64,000 nucleotides of DNA from IMG/VR virus record IMGVR_UViG_3300031087_000457; one strand, written 5' to 3'. The stretch comes from an uncultured virus (IMG/VR IMGVR_UViG_3300031087_000457). Its lineage: Duplodnaviria; Heunggongvirae; Uroviricota; Caudoviricetes. A program made the translations under genes and the position numbers. The notes under the pieces are model-generated. The model was given only the letters and a program-made list of their open reading frames with translations. It had not been told where the DNA came from and did not search any database. Each line of letters begins with the position of its first letter. Positions within the stretch are counted from its first letter, which is position 1. This document shows, one piece after another, positions 10,064 to 18,732 of this stretch.

Positions 10064-12388
10064 ATGGCGAAGCCCAAGGAGCGTAGGATCATCCTCCCCG
10101 ACTCCCTACCGCTCCCCGGAAGACGGCCCGGCCCAGCTGAGCGCAAGAGCGACGGCTACCTTGAACTCGCTTCCGCCCTGCGCTCTAAGGAGCTCCTCTC
10201 CGAGTGGCTTCCTGGTTCTGCTGGCGAGGCTACCTCCGAACTTCAGCTCCGAGAGGCCCTCACGAGGACCCTGAGCGAACATGCCTCCTTCGGCTACATC
10301 CGGGAGAACTCAAAGCTCCCCCACAGCCACCCCAAGGACAGCTCCAGGATCCACTACACCATGACTTCTCAGTCGGGGTCCTCTGAGTTCCTTCGGCCCA
10401 ATGGCACCGAGTGGCTCGGAGCCGCAAGCGCACCTCGCTCCGGCAACTGGTCCGTGATTCCTCAGCCCGGCAGTCGACTCCTGGTCTTCGACCTCGATGT
10501 GAGCAAGAGCTCCCTGGACAGCGAGGGGGAGGCCACCACCACAAGCGCAGATGAGCGCTTCTCCGAAGCTCGTCGGAGCTTGAGCTACCTCGAGGCTCTC
10601 CTAGAGATCGATCTTCGGGGAACCTACGCTCAGCTCTCACCCTCTGGAGGCATCCACATCTTCGTGCTCCTCCCCGAGGGTGTGGATCCCAGTGAGCTAC
10701 CGGCCGCCAAGATCTCAGACGGCATGAGAGAGCTCGCAGGAGTACCCCTAGAGCACCGGGAGAGCCACTTCCGGGGCGACATCCGCTCGGGAGCTTCCAA
10801 CGGCTTCATCCTCATGGCTGGATCTCGCATCCGCAGCGTCTCAGAGGGTCCCAGTAGCTACTACAGGCCTCTGGTGTCCGACCCTCGCTGGAGCGACTTC
10901 CGGGACTACAGGAGCGGCCGTAAGCTTCGGCTCCTTGAGCTCCCGCCCCCTGCAGTTGAGCGTCTTCGTCGGGCTCGCTCCATCGATCTCGCCACCAAGG
11001 CCCGGAGAACTCCCACCATTGCAGATCGATCCCGGCTTCGGCCGTCCGCAGATCTCATCGTCCTTCCGCGAACGACTCGAGAGCTCCAGAGCAGCAACTA
11101 CAAGAAGCTCATCGACAGGCTGGCAGCAGCCTCTCCTCGAAGCTACCACGCTGCTCGAGCCCACATCTACCGGGCGCTGAGCTGCTGCGCGAGCCCGGAG
11201 GCCATCGCTGAGCTCTGCCGGGATGCTGGCTACGGCAAGGATACTCACCGGGGCCGGGAGCTCTCGGACAGCGAGCTCCTCGCTGACATGGAGTCCATGG
11301 ATCGCCGGGGTTTCACCGCTCTGCGCTGCGGACCCCACTGCGGCGCCCTCTGGGGTGAGTCCACGGGCTCTGACAACCACAGAAGCGAGCTCGAAGCCCT
11401 CGTGGATGCCATCCGTTCGGCCAAGCTCCTGGATCGGGCTGAGCTCAGCGTCATGGACTACCAGCGCGTGGAAGAGTCCTCCCTCCTCGAGGCTCGGGCT
11501 ATTCTCCAGCGTCGCTCACAGCGCGAGGGCGACTACGGGCTCTACGGGAAGCGAAAGCCCACTGGGCTCAACTACCTCAGGGCCACTGAGGCCATCCTCG
11601 GAGAGAAGACCTTTGCTGCTCGCATGGCCGGAGAGGTTGTGGCCGTCGCTGGCTATCGACAGCGTGCCCTGGAGCTCACTCTCGGCTACTTCGCTCCTCT
11701 CTTCGCGGCTGGAGCATCTGCAGTCATCGCTCCTGCTGAAGAGCTCATGGCACGCTTCGGCTGGAGCCGCTCACAGCTCCGGGAGGCACTGCGACTCCTT
11801 CGAAGCATCTCGCTGATCTCCCTGGAGCACCGCCAGGTCACGGGCAAGAGCTCAACCTACGCACCCGGTGAGAGCCGATTCTTCGACTCCACTCTGAGCG
11901 CAAAGCTTCGAGCTGCCTGGGGTGAGTCCAAGGTTGAGAACAGCCGGGGAGAGAAGGCCTTCCTCGGTGGCTTCTTCGACTACGCCCGAGGCCGCATCGT
12001 CCGACCCGATGGGAGCAGCTTCACTGACAGCTACCTCCAGGAGATCGGTGGAAGCTACTCAGGGCTCCTGATCCATCTCGATCTGCACATCCCCCAGGGT
12101 TCGGCCTTTGGCTCATCCTTCGTGAAGCGCTACCTCTCCAAGGCGGTGGCTCGCCACCGGGAGCTCTCTAGCCCCGAGGCCGCTGCGGTTGAGAACCTGC
12201 GCGAGCTTGCCCGGAGTGGTCCTCTCGATGGCGGACTTCAGTCCATCGGGGAACAGTTCCTCCTCTTGGGAGCAAGGAAGCCCGAATCTCGTGAGGATAG
12301 GAGCGCATTCGATTTTGGAGTCACGATCCATGGTCGCTCTCTCTGGAGGCGCCGCGGTGATCGATCTCCAGCAGAGGATCCCGGTTAG
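10064..12388 (+). CDS. Prim-Pol (bifunctional primase-polymerase-like) replication protein with C-terminal HTH; candidate Rep
   Basis: LLVFDLDV, SPSGGIHIF, GDIRS, GFILMAGS motifs; winged-HTH-like EELMARFGWSRSQLREALRLL. Confidence 0.65.
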   Translation: MAKPKERRIILPDSLPLPGRRPGPAERKSDGYLELASALRSKELLSEWLPGSAGEATSELQLREALTRTLSEHASFGYIRENSKLPHSHPKDSSRIHYTMTSQSGSSEFLRPNGTEWLGAASAPRSGNWSVIPQPGSRLLVFDLDVSKSSLDSEGEATTTSADERFSEARRSLSYLEALLEIDLRGTYAQLSPSGGIHIFVLLPEGVDPSELPAAKISDGMRELAGVPLEHRESHFRGDIRSGASNGFILMAGSRIRSVSEGPSSYYRPLVSDPRWSDFRDYRSGRKLRLLELPPPAVERLRRARSIDLATKARRTPTIADRSRLRPSADLIVLPRTTRELQSSNYKKLIDRLAAASPRSYHAARAHIYRALSCCASPEAIAELCRDAGYGKDTHRGRELSDSELLADMESMDRRGFTALRCGPHCGALWGESTGSDNHRSELEALVDAIRSAKLLDRAELSVMDYQRVEESSLLEARAILQRRSQREGDYGLYGKRKPTGLNYLRATEAILGEKTFAARMAGEVVAVAGYRQRALELTLGYFAPLFAAGASAVIAPAEELMARFGWSRSQLREALRLLRSISLISLEHRQVTGKSSTYAPGESRFFDSTLSAKLRAAWGESKVENSRGEKAFLGGFFDYARGRIVRPDGSSFTDSYLQEIGGSYSGLLIHLDLHIPQGSAFGSSFVKRYLSKAVARHRELSSPEAAAVENLRELARSGPLDGGLQSIGEQFLLLGARKPESREDRSAFDFGVTIHGRSLWRRRGDRSPAEDPG

Positions 12389-12432
12389 CGCCGATCCCGA
12401 TCCACAGGCCATACCTACACAGAAAGATACAG

Positions 12433-13596
12433 ATGCTCCCTCAGAATCTGGTGCTGGCAGTTGATCCCAGCTTTGAGCTCGCGGACGGCACTCGATCCGT
12501 ACGCACCACCTACAGCCCCGACTCCCAGCAGGAGCTCCAGGGCTACTCGGTGACCGTGATCGCTGACTCCCTGGTCCCCCTCGCACCCTTGGACTTCCTC
12601 TACGGCGACCGCATCGGTCAGCGCCTGGAGCTCCTCAATCCGCAGCGAATCACCACCTTCGTGGCCCGATTCCCCCGCTGCATCCTCTCCGAGTACAACA
12701 CTCACCGGGTCTTTTCTCGAAACTCCGCCTCGAGCCGCGCCCGGTCCATCAAGGTGGTCATCGCAGATGTGATGGAAGACCCCTATGTGCCTCTCTTCAC
12801 CGAGAACCAGAAGGGCATGGGTGGACCGATTGTGTCCCCTGAGGTTCAGGCCGCTGCCCGAAGGAGCTGGCTCCTCCAGCGGGACAGCGCAGTTGCGGGC
12901 GTGCTCGGCATGCTCCTCGGCCGCACCATCCCCGTCGAGGAGCTCTCCGATGGGAACTGGAAGACCCTGACGGAGGACTACTACCAGCGCGTCTACCTCG
13001 ACCGGGAGAACATCCCCGGCTCCCTGAACCTACACAAGCAGAATGTGAACAGGATCCTCGAGCCCTTCATGTGGCACGAGGCAGTCGTGACCTCCACCGA
13101 GTGGACCAACTTCCTCCAGCTTCGAGACCACGACGAGGCAGATCCCGCTATCCACGGCATCGCTAAGCTCATGGGCGTCGCACTGGAGGCATCCCGGCCC
13201 GTGGAGCGTGTGCTCCACGCTCCCTTCGCCGGTGAGCTCGTCCGGGAGTTCGAGGCACTGGGCTCTGACATCCTTTCCACGGATGCGCTTCGCAAGGCCA
13301 TCGAGGCTGCCAACTACTCAGCGGGTGCTGCTGCTCAGGTCTCCTACCGGCCGGTTGCTGGTGGAGGCACCGGAGCCAATCCCGCTAAGCTCGCTGACCG
13401 GCTCCTCGCCATGAGCCACCTTTCGCCCTTCGAGCACGCTGCTTTCAGTAGCGCCTGGCTGAAGTCCCTGGGGCTCCGGGATGAGATCCACAGCAACCTT
13501 TCCTCGGAGTGGACGCAGCACCGGGCACTCCTCTGGTATCTCCAGAAGCTCACCGGCAGGGATGGTCTACCGGCCGTCCTCGAGGTGCTGAGCTGA
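12433..13596 (+). CDS. thyX: Flavin-dependent thymidylate synthase-like protein (phage-type ThyX)
   Basis: THRVFSRNSASSRA, HKQNVNRILEPF, NFLQLR, HLSPFEH motifs. Confidence 0.75.
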   Translation: MLPQNLVLAVDPSFELADGTRSVRTTYSPDSQQELQGYSVTVIADSLVPLAPLDFLYGDRIGQRLELLNPQRITTFVARFPRCILSEYNTHRVFSRNSASSRARSIKVVIADVMEDPYVPLFTENQKGMGGPIVSPEVQAAARRSWLLQRDSAVAGVLGMLLGRTIPVEELSDGNWKTLTEDYYQRVYLDRENIPGSLNLHKQNVNRILEPFMWHEAVVTSTEWTNFLQLRDHDEADPAIHGIAKLMGVALEASRPVERVLHAPFAGELVREFEALGSDILSTDALRKAIEAANYSAGAAAQVSYRPVAGGGTGANPAKLADRLLAMSHLSPFEHAAFSSAWLKSLGLRDEIHSNLSSEWTQHRALLWYLQKLTGRDGLPAVLEVLS

Positions 13597-13764
13597 TCGG
13601 CACTTTGATATGGTCCTCAACGGAAAATCCGCTGGAGATTCCGTGAGAGACCGGGCCGGGGAACCATGCACAGGCGGCTTTGGCATCAAGAAGGTGAGAC
13701 CGTTCGTGATGCAGCTTCCCCGGCCCAATCTCCTCTCCGGACGAAGATCAGATGGGAGTAGCTG

Positions 13765-14025
13765 ATGGCTAGCCTCGCCAGTTTTGCGGACGCGGTCATC
13801 GCGGCTGCTGAGTCAGCGGCCGCAGAGACTCCGCCGGGCGAGAGGCAGAGCTTCGAGGTTCTCTTCTCTAGGTCCGTGAAGGACGCCATGGATAGGATCA
13901 ACGGGGGCCGGGTCGACAGCTACGACTTCGGACCCTGGGTGATCTCCAACCTGATCCTCCTCGCGGACCTCGAAGGCTATGAGATCTCGGAGACCGTAGA
14001 CTTCCTCAGGGAGCTCCTGGACTGA
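13765..14025 (+). CDS. Small hypothetical protein
   Basis: GGGAG RBS; typical codon usage. Confidence 0.6.
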   Translation: MASLASFADAVIAAAESAAAETPPGERQSFEVLFSRSVKDAMDRINGGRVDSYDFGPWVISNLILLADLEGYEISETVDFLRELLD

Positions 14026-14155
14026 AACTCCTGGCAAACTGGCCAAAGTATTTTAGTCAACGGCTGGAGAGCAGACTCCGGCGTTTTTAGATAAGATCAC
14101 CCACACCGAAACTTCAGGGATGAGACACATCCCACGCTCCTAGAAAGGGAAGAGA

Positions 14156-14443
14156 ATGGACGAAATCAAGTTCTCGATCGGCGACCACGACGCGCTGATC
14201 TTCACCAAGAACGACTGCGTCAACTGCGACTCCACCAAGTCGCTCATGGACGAGCTAGAGATCAGCTACACCATGGTCAACATGGACGAGGTTCCAGGAG
14301 CCAAGGCCGCCGTGAAGGCCGCTGGATTCCGCCAGGCTCCCGTTGTCATCACTTCCTCCAAGAAGTGGTCCGGCTTCGAGGAGGCTCAGATTCGGGCCCT
14401 GAAGCCTCGCGACCTCTCGGCAGACGACGACATCTGGGCCTGA
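14156..14443 (+). CDS. nrdH: NrdH-like glutaredoxin
   Basis: CVNC active site, GFRQAPVV, WSGF. Confidence 0.85.
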   Translation: MDEIKFSIGDHDALIFTKNDCVNCDSTKSLMDELEISYTMVNMDEVPGAKAAVKAAGFRQAPVVITSSKKWSGFEEAQIRALKPRDLSADDDIWA

Positions 14444-14464
14444 TCCTCTCGGTTCGTTCTCTTT

Positions 14465-14506
14465 CAGGAGGGGCGCCGCAGCGAATGTGCTGCGGCGCCC
14501 CTCCTG
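14465..14506 (+). terminator. Strong hairpin after nrdH
   Basis: caggaggggcgccgcagc...gctgcggcgcccctcctg. Confidence 0.75.
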
Positions 14507-14555
14507 TGTTTAGAGAAGACGCCAACATCAGCTTCCGAATTCTACAGGAGAGATC

Positions 14556-15569
14556 ATGGCTAGATTCCACATCGCAGAGGACGGCACTCCCGGCGCCTGC
14601 AGGGCAAAGACCGTCGAGAGCTGCCCCAAGACCCAGGCAGGCGACGGATTCCACGGCACCCTGGAGGAAGCTCAGGTAGAGTCCGAGAGGCGCTTCGCTA
14701 AGGAGTTCGGGGAGATCCCCACCAACAGCAAGGGCAATGCTCCAGCAACCCGGGAAGCCGCTCTGGCCGCCAAGAAGAAGGAGCTCCAGGATTCCCGGGA
14801 CCGCTTCTCAGATTCTTCCACGACTGAGCCCGAGCGCAAGGCCATCGAGGCCTGGTGGAGGAAGCAGCAGATCGACTCTCCCTACGCGGCCATGAGCCGG
14901 GTTCAGGCCCTGGAGTTCCAGGAGAACCGCAAGAACCGCACTCGGGTTGAGAAGGCTCACTCCGCTCAGATCTTCGGAGCTCTCTCCCACGCCTCTCCCT
15001 ACAGCCAGGAGAACATGACCATGGGAGAGCGCATCGCCGCCGGAGCAGAGAAGAAGATCGAGCGAAAGGATCTCAGTAGCTCTCACGCTGAGCTCGCCAT
15101 GAACCTCGTGGCCTTCGCCTCGGATGCTGACAGGGACTACATCATCAACGATGTTGCAGAGCGTGACCTCCACCTCTTCGAGGGCCAGAGAAAGGGCTTC
15201 GGCAAGGGTGACTTCGCCGGGCTCGTCAAGGTCCACAGGGCAATGGTGGAGCGCTACGGCCAGGGCGCTGTTCACGCCAACCTCACCAATCAGCTCCCCG
15301 AGGATGTTCGCAACGAGTACCGGGAGGACGGCAATCGGGATGGCATCGGCTCTCTCCGCCCCTGGGGTCAGCCCTCCAACTCGATCCAGAACATCCACGA
15401 TGAAACAGCTCACATGCTCGCTCAGCATGTGATCGACAGCTACGGGCCTGAGAACGCTGAGAAGTTCTGGAGCGAGGCTTCCGCCACGACCGGCAACAAC
15501 CGGGCCACGCTTGCCAATGTCTTCAAGACCATGAGGAAGTTCAACAAGGAGCGAGGCATCAAGGGCTAG
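14556..15569 (+). CDS. Hypothetical protein with the shared His/Cys N-terminal tag
   Basis: MARFHIAEDGTPGACRAKTVESCP...FHGTLEEA; AGGAG RBS. Confidence 0.85.
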   Translation: MARFHIAEDGTPGACRAKTVESCPKTQAGDGFHGTLEEAQVESERRFAKEFGEIPTNSKGNAPATREAALAAKKKELQDSRDRFSDSSTTEPERKAIEAWWRKQQIDSPYAAMSRVQALEFQENRKNRTRVEKAHSAQIFGALSHASPYSQENMTMGERIAAGAEKKIERKDLSSSHAELAMNLVAFASDADRDYIINDVAERDLHLFEGQRKGFGKGDFAGLVKVHRAMVERYGQGAVHANLTNQLPEDVRNEYREDGNRDGIGSLRPWGQPSNSIQNIHDETAHMLAQHVIDSYGPENAEKFWSEASATTGNNRATLANVFKTMRKFNKERGIKG

Positions 15570-15622
15570 AGAAGGATCAAAGTGAGACCCTCGGGAGTCA
15601 ACAGAAGTTGATCCTGAGCGCG

Positions 15623-15659
15623 CAGCCTAGAGCATCGGTAGCTTCGATGCTCTAGGCTG
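15623..15659 (+). terminator. Hairpin downstream of the 14556 ORF
   Basis: cagcctagagcatcg...cgatgctctaggctg. Confidence 0.7.
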
Positions 15660-15725
15660 TTGCTCTGTGCGCTTGGAGCGAACTTTCAGAGGAATGCCAC
15701 TTCGTGATGGCGTTACCATAGGCGC

Positions 15726-16226
15726 ATGAAATCAACCGAAACCATCGCCGCTCAGGGCCGCGCTGCAACACAGGAAATCTTCGCCACTGCCCGGGGAGAC
15801 GAGCTCGACCGGATCATGGATCTGGGGCTACCCCGGAGCACCTTCGCCGGGCTTGCAGCTCGAGTCATCGTGCAGAAAAGTGCCGAGCCCCTTTTCCACT
15901 GCAAGTTCAAGGTTGAGCCCGGACTCTCCGGGCTCAAGCCTAGGCTCTTCATCGATGGAACGCTCACTGAGCTCCAGCAGGTAGCAGCTGTGGTCGAGGG
16001 CACTTTCGAGCTCGCCCGGCAGCTCTACCACTCCAGCGAGGACGACCGCTCGGACCTCGACGCCTGGCTCTCGGCAGACCTGCGCTCAGAGGTTCGAACC
16101 GTGGCTCCTGCCTTCATCGCCGTCTATGGTGATGATAGGTCGATGCTCAAGATCGGACCCTCTGATGCTCCCTGGGGGTTGGGGAGCTTCAAGGCCCTCA
16201 GAAGGTTGGTGCTCAAGGATGGCTAA
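15726..16226 (+). CDS. Hypothetical protein, overlaps the topA start
   Basis: ORF; TACCAT just upstream (possibly a leaderless transcript). Confidence 0.7.
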   Translation: MKSTETIAAQGRAATQEIFATARGDELDRIMDLGLPRSTFAGLAARVIVQKSAEPLFHCKFKVEPGLSGLKPRLFIDGTLTELQQVAAVVEGTFELARQLYHSSEDDRSDLDAWLSADLRSEVRTVAPAFIAVYGDDRSMLKIGPSDAPWGLGSFKALRRLVLKDG

Positions 16227-17577
16227 GAAGACACTCCTCCTCGTGGAGGCTCCCTCGAAGGCTCGCCACATCCAGCAGTTCCTAGGCAGCGACTACATCG
16301 TGAAGCCCACCGTGGGCCACTTCCGCGAGATGCCTCTGCCCCGGGACATGAAGCCCGCCGACAAGGCCAAGTACGGCGACTACGCCCAGGACACGGCTGG
16401 CAACTTTGAGGCTCTCTACAAGATCTCCAAGGATAAGACGAAGCTCGTCAGTGAGCTCAAGACCCTGCTCAAGTCGGTGGATGAGCTCGTCCTTGCCACC
16501 GACGCCGACGCCGAGGGTGCAGCGATCTCCTGGCACATCCTCCAGGAGCTCAAGCCCAAGGTTCCCACCTATCGAGCAACCTGGAACGAGATCACCGACC
16601 GGGCAGTCCGTGCGGGACTCGCGGCCAAGCAGCCCGTGGATGAGAAGAAGCAGCTGCCGGCCGACTTCTTCGGTCAGGTGGAAAGCGCCCTCGCCCGCAG
16701 CCAGTGGGATCGGCTCTTCGGCTATGGTGTCTCGCCCCTCATGTGGAAGATGGTTCGAAGTGGAACCTCCGGCGGCCGGGTCCAGACGCCAGGTACCAAG
16801 CTCGTCGTGGAGCGTGAGGAGCGCCGGCTCGCCTTCAAGAGCGTAGCCTTCTACACGATCTACGGCACCTTCGACGGCATCAAGGCCAAGCTCGTGGACA
16901 TCAACGGCAAGAAGATCGCGGATGCCTCGAAGATCGATGACGAGGGTAAGCTCGCAGCTGGCTACAGCCTGATCACAGACAAGAACCTGGAAGCCGTACT
17001 CAAGGCCCTGAAGGCCAAGAGCTACGAAGTCGGCGAGGTCAAGTCAAAGCCCTATCGGCGCACGCCTCCGCCTCCCTTCACCACATCCACAGCGCTTCAG
17101 TCCATCGGCTCGAAGACCCGCATGAGTGCGAAGCAGCTCACCGCCGTGCTCCAGTCGCTCTATGTGGGCACCCACTGCACCTACATCCGTACGGTCTCCG
17201 TGGAGGCAGCCCCCGAGGCCATCGTTGAGGCCCGGAAGGAGCTCAAGAGGCTCTTCGGGGCGAAGCTCGTACCCGCCAAGGAGCGTGTCCACAAGGACAA
17301 GAAGGCTGGCAACAGCGGCCACGAGTGCATCCGTCCTGTGCTCGACGACTCCAGCGGAAAGCTCGTCAATCCCAAGCTCTCGGGCAACGACCAGAAGGTC
17401 TTCGAGCTCATCCGGCTGCGATTCCTCGCATCTCAGTCCATCGACTGCGAGGGCACGACCTGGAGCACATCCTTCATCGCCACCGACGGCAAGGCCACCT
17501 TCCAGGCAAGCGAGACGGAGATCCACGAGCCCGGCTGGACCACGGTCTATGAGATGGACGATGAGGTCGGCGCCTGA
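16219..17577 (+). CDS. topA: DNA topoisomerase IA, N-terminal part (TOPRIM plus catalytic Tyr)
   Basis: LVEAPSKA, ATDADAEG, SGGRVQT, PPPFTTS, CTYIRT (catalytic Y), HECIRP; ends at GWTTVYEMDDEVGA*. Confidence 0.9.
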   Translation: MAKKTLLLVEAPSKARHIQQFLGSDYIVKPTVGHFREMPLPRDMKPADKAKYGDYAQDTAGNFEALYKISKDKTKLVSELKTLLKSVDELVLATDADAEGAAISWHILQELKPKVPTYRATWNEITDRAVRAGLAAKQPVDEKKQLPADFFGQVESALARSQWDRLFGYGVSPLMWKMVRSGTSGGRVQTPGTKLVVEREERRLAFKSVAFYTIYGTFDGIKAKLVDINGKKIADASKIDDEGKLAAGYSLITDKNLEAVLKALKAKSYEVGEVKSKPYRRTPPPPFTTSTALQSIGSKTRMSAKQLTAVLQSLYVGTHCTYIRTVSVEAAPEAIVEARKELKRLFGAKLVPAKERVHKDKKAGNSGHECIRPVLDDSSGKLVNPKLSGNDQKVFELIRLRFLASQSIDCEGTTWSTSFIATDGKATFQASETEIHEPGWTTVYEMDDEVGA

Positions 17578-18410
17578 TGCCTCAGGGTTGGCATGTGAAT
17601 CTCGAAACTGGAGAGCCCGGCGAGTGCAGGGCTCGAATCAGCTGCCCCTTCGGGAACGATGATCTGCACTTTGACACCGAGAGTGATGCTCGAAAGTTCT
17701 ATGAGGCGAAGATGAGCAAGTACACCCTTGCGGAGCTCGTTCAGAAGAGCAGGATGCGCTCTCCCTGGCGCAGTATCTCCTGGGAAGAGAGAAAGCAGCT
17801 ACTTCAGGCCTATGTTGATGAGCGAGTTCAGATCACCAGAAAGCTCAGAAAGAAGCGCATTCGCATCGACTGGCAGAATGTGGTCAATAGCAGCTTCGAT
17901 GTTCTAGGCTACGCAGACGAGGAAGCTCGCACGCTGAATCTTGCCGAAGGAGCGGAAGCCCTGGAGGAGACCAGCGTAAAGGCTCTGATCGTCCATGAGT
18001 TGGCCCATTTCCTTGAGCCCAGGCGCTCCAGCGAGGATCACGGAAAGAGCTGGCGCAGCGGCACCGAACTCCTTTCGAGCTCTGACGAAGACATCAGAAG
18101 CTTCAGTTTTCAGAAGAGTTCTCAACACAGTGTTCTAGAGGCACTGAGACGCGAAACACAGAAGCTTGAGCTCCGGGCGCCTAAACACATCGGGAAATGC
18201 GCTAGGGGTCACAGTTTCTACGCCAACATCATCCCCAGGGACACGAGCTGTAGTCTCTGTCGAGAGGATGTTCATTTTCAGAAGGACTACACCCTGTTCT
18301 CAGCTGTCGAATGGGACAGCTTCGATCTAGAATCTAGCGAGGGCCAAAAATTCATCGCTAACCAGCTTGGTAGGATGGGCTTCGGAAAGGAAAACAGAAC
18401 TCATGGATAG
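17577..18410 (+). CDS. SprT-like zinc metalloprotease with the shared His/Cys N-terminal tag
   Basis: LIVHELAH...DHGKSW; C-terminal CARGH...CSLC; ATG overlaps the topA-N stop. Confidence 0.75.
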   Translation: MPQGWHVNLETGEPGECRARISCPFGNDDLHFDTESDARKFYEAKMSKYTLAELVQKSRMRSPWRSISWEERKQLLQAYVDERVQITRKLRKKRIRIDWQNVVNSSFDVLGYADEEARTLNLAEGAEALEETSVKALIVHELAHFLEPRRSSEDHGKSWRSGTELLSSSDEDIRSFSFQKSSQHSVLEALRRETQKLELRAPKHIGKCARGHSFYANIIPRDTSCSLCREDVHFQKDYTLFSAVEWDSFDLESSEGQKFIANQLGRMGFGKENRTHG

Positions 18411-18717
18411 GATCGACTCAAGCGCTCTCACCGCGTTTCTCAGCTCGCTCAGGGAGCATAGCTACACAGAGCTGACGCCATCCGGCAGCGTCAATCGCTT
18501 CGACTCTACTACGGTCTCTTTTGACAGTAGTGGTCGCTTCCTTTGCTACACTACAGTCGAAGACGGAGTTCTCTACTCGTTCTACTCGGATCTTGAGCTC
18601 TATAGAGATAGCTCCGAAGGTGTGGCCGTCGCTACGGATGCGAGCGATTTCGACCTCATCAACGGTAGGCTCAAGACCGAACAGCATATCTTGGCCTTTG
18701 GTCCAAGCTTCGATTAG
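18403..18717 (+). CDS. Small hypothetical protein
   Basis: ATG overlaps the previous ORF end; AAGGA RBS. Confidence 0.6.
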   Translation: MDRIDSSALTAFLSSLREHSYTELTPSGSVNRFDSTTVSFDSSGRFLCYTTVEDGVLYSFYSDLELYRDSSEGVAVATDASDFDLINGRLKTEQHILAFGPSFD

Positions 18718-18732
18718 GCAGGGAGTCTCACC

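Noticed and set aside
13661..13715. Resemblance to SRP RNA (gaaccatg...cagg...gcagc)
   Set aside because: The conserved CCGGAAGG tetraloop core is absent; kept only as an unassigned structured-RNA candidate.
17577..18732. Intron, intein or IS interrupting topA
   Set aside because: No transposase, reverse transcriptase or homing endonuclease motifs; no terminal repeats or target duplication seen; the C-half has its own RBS and start.
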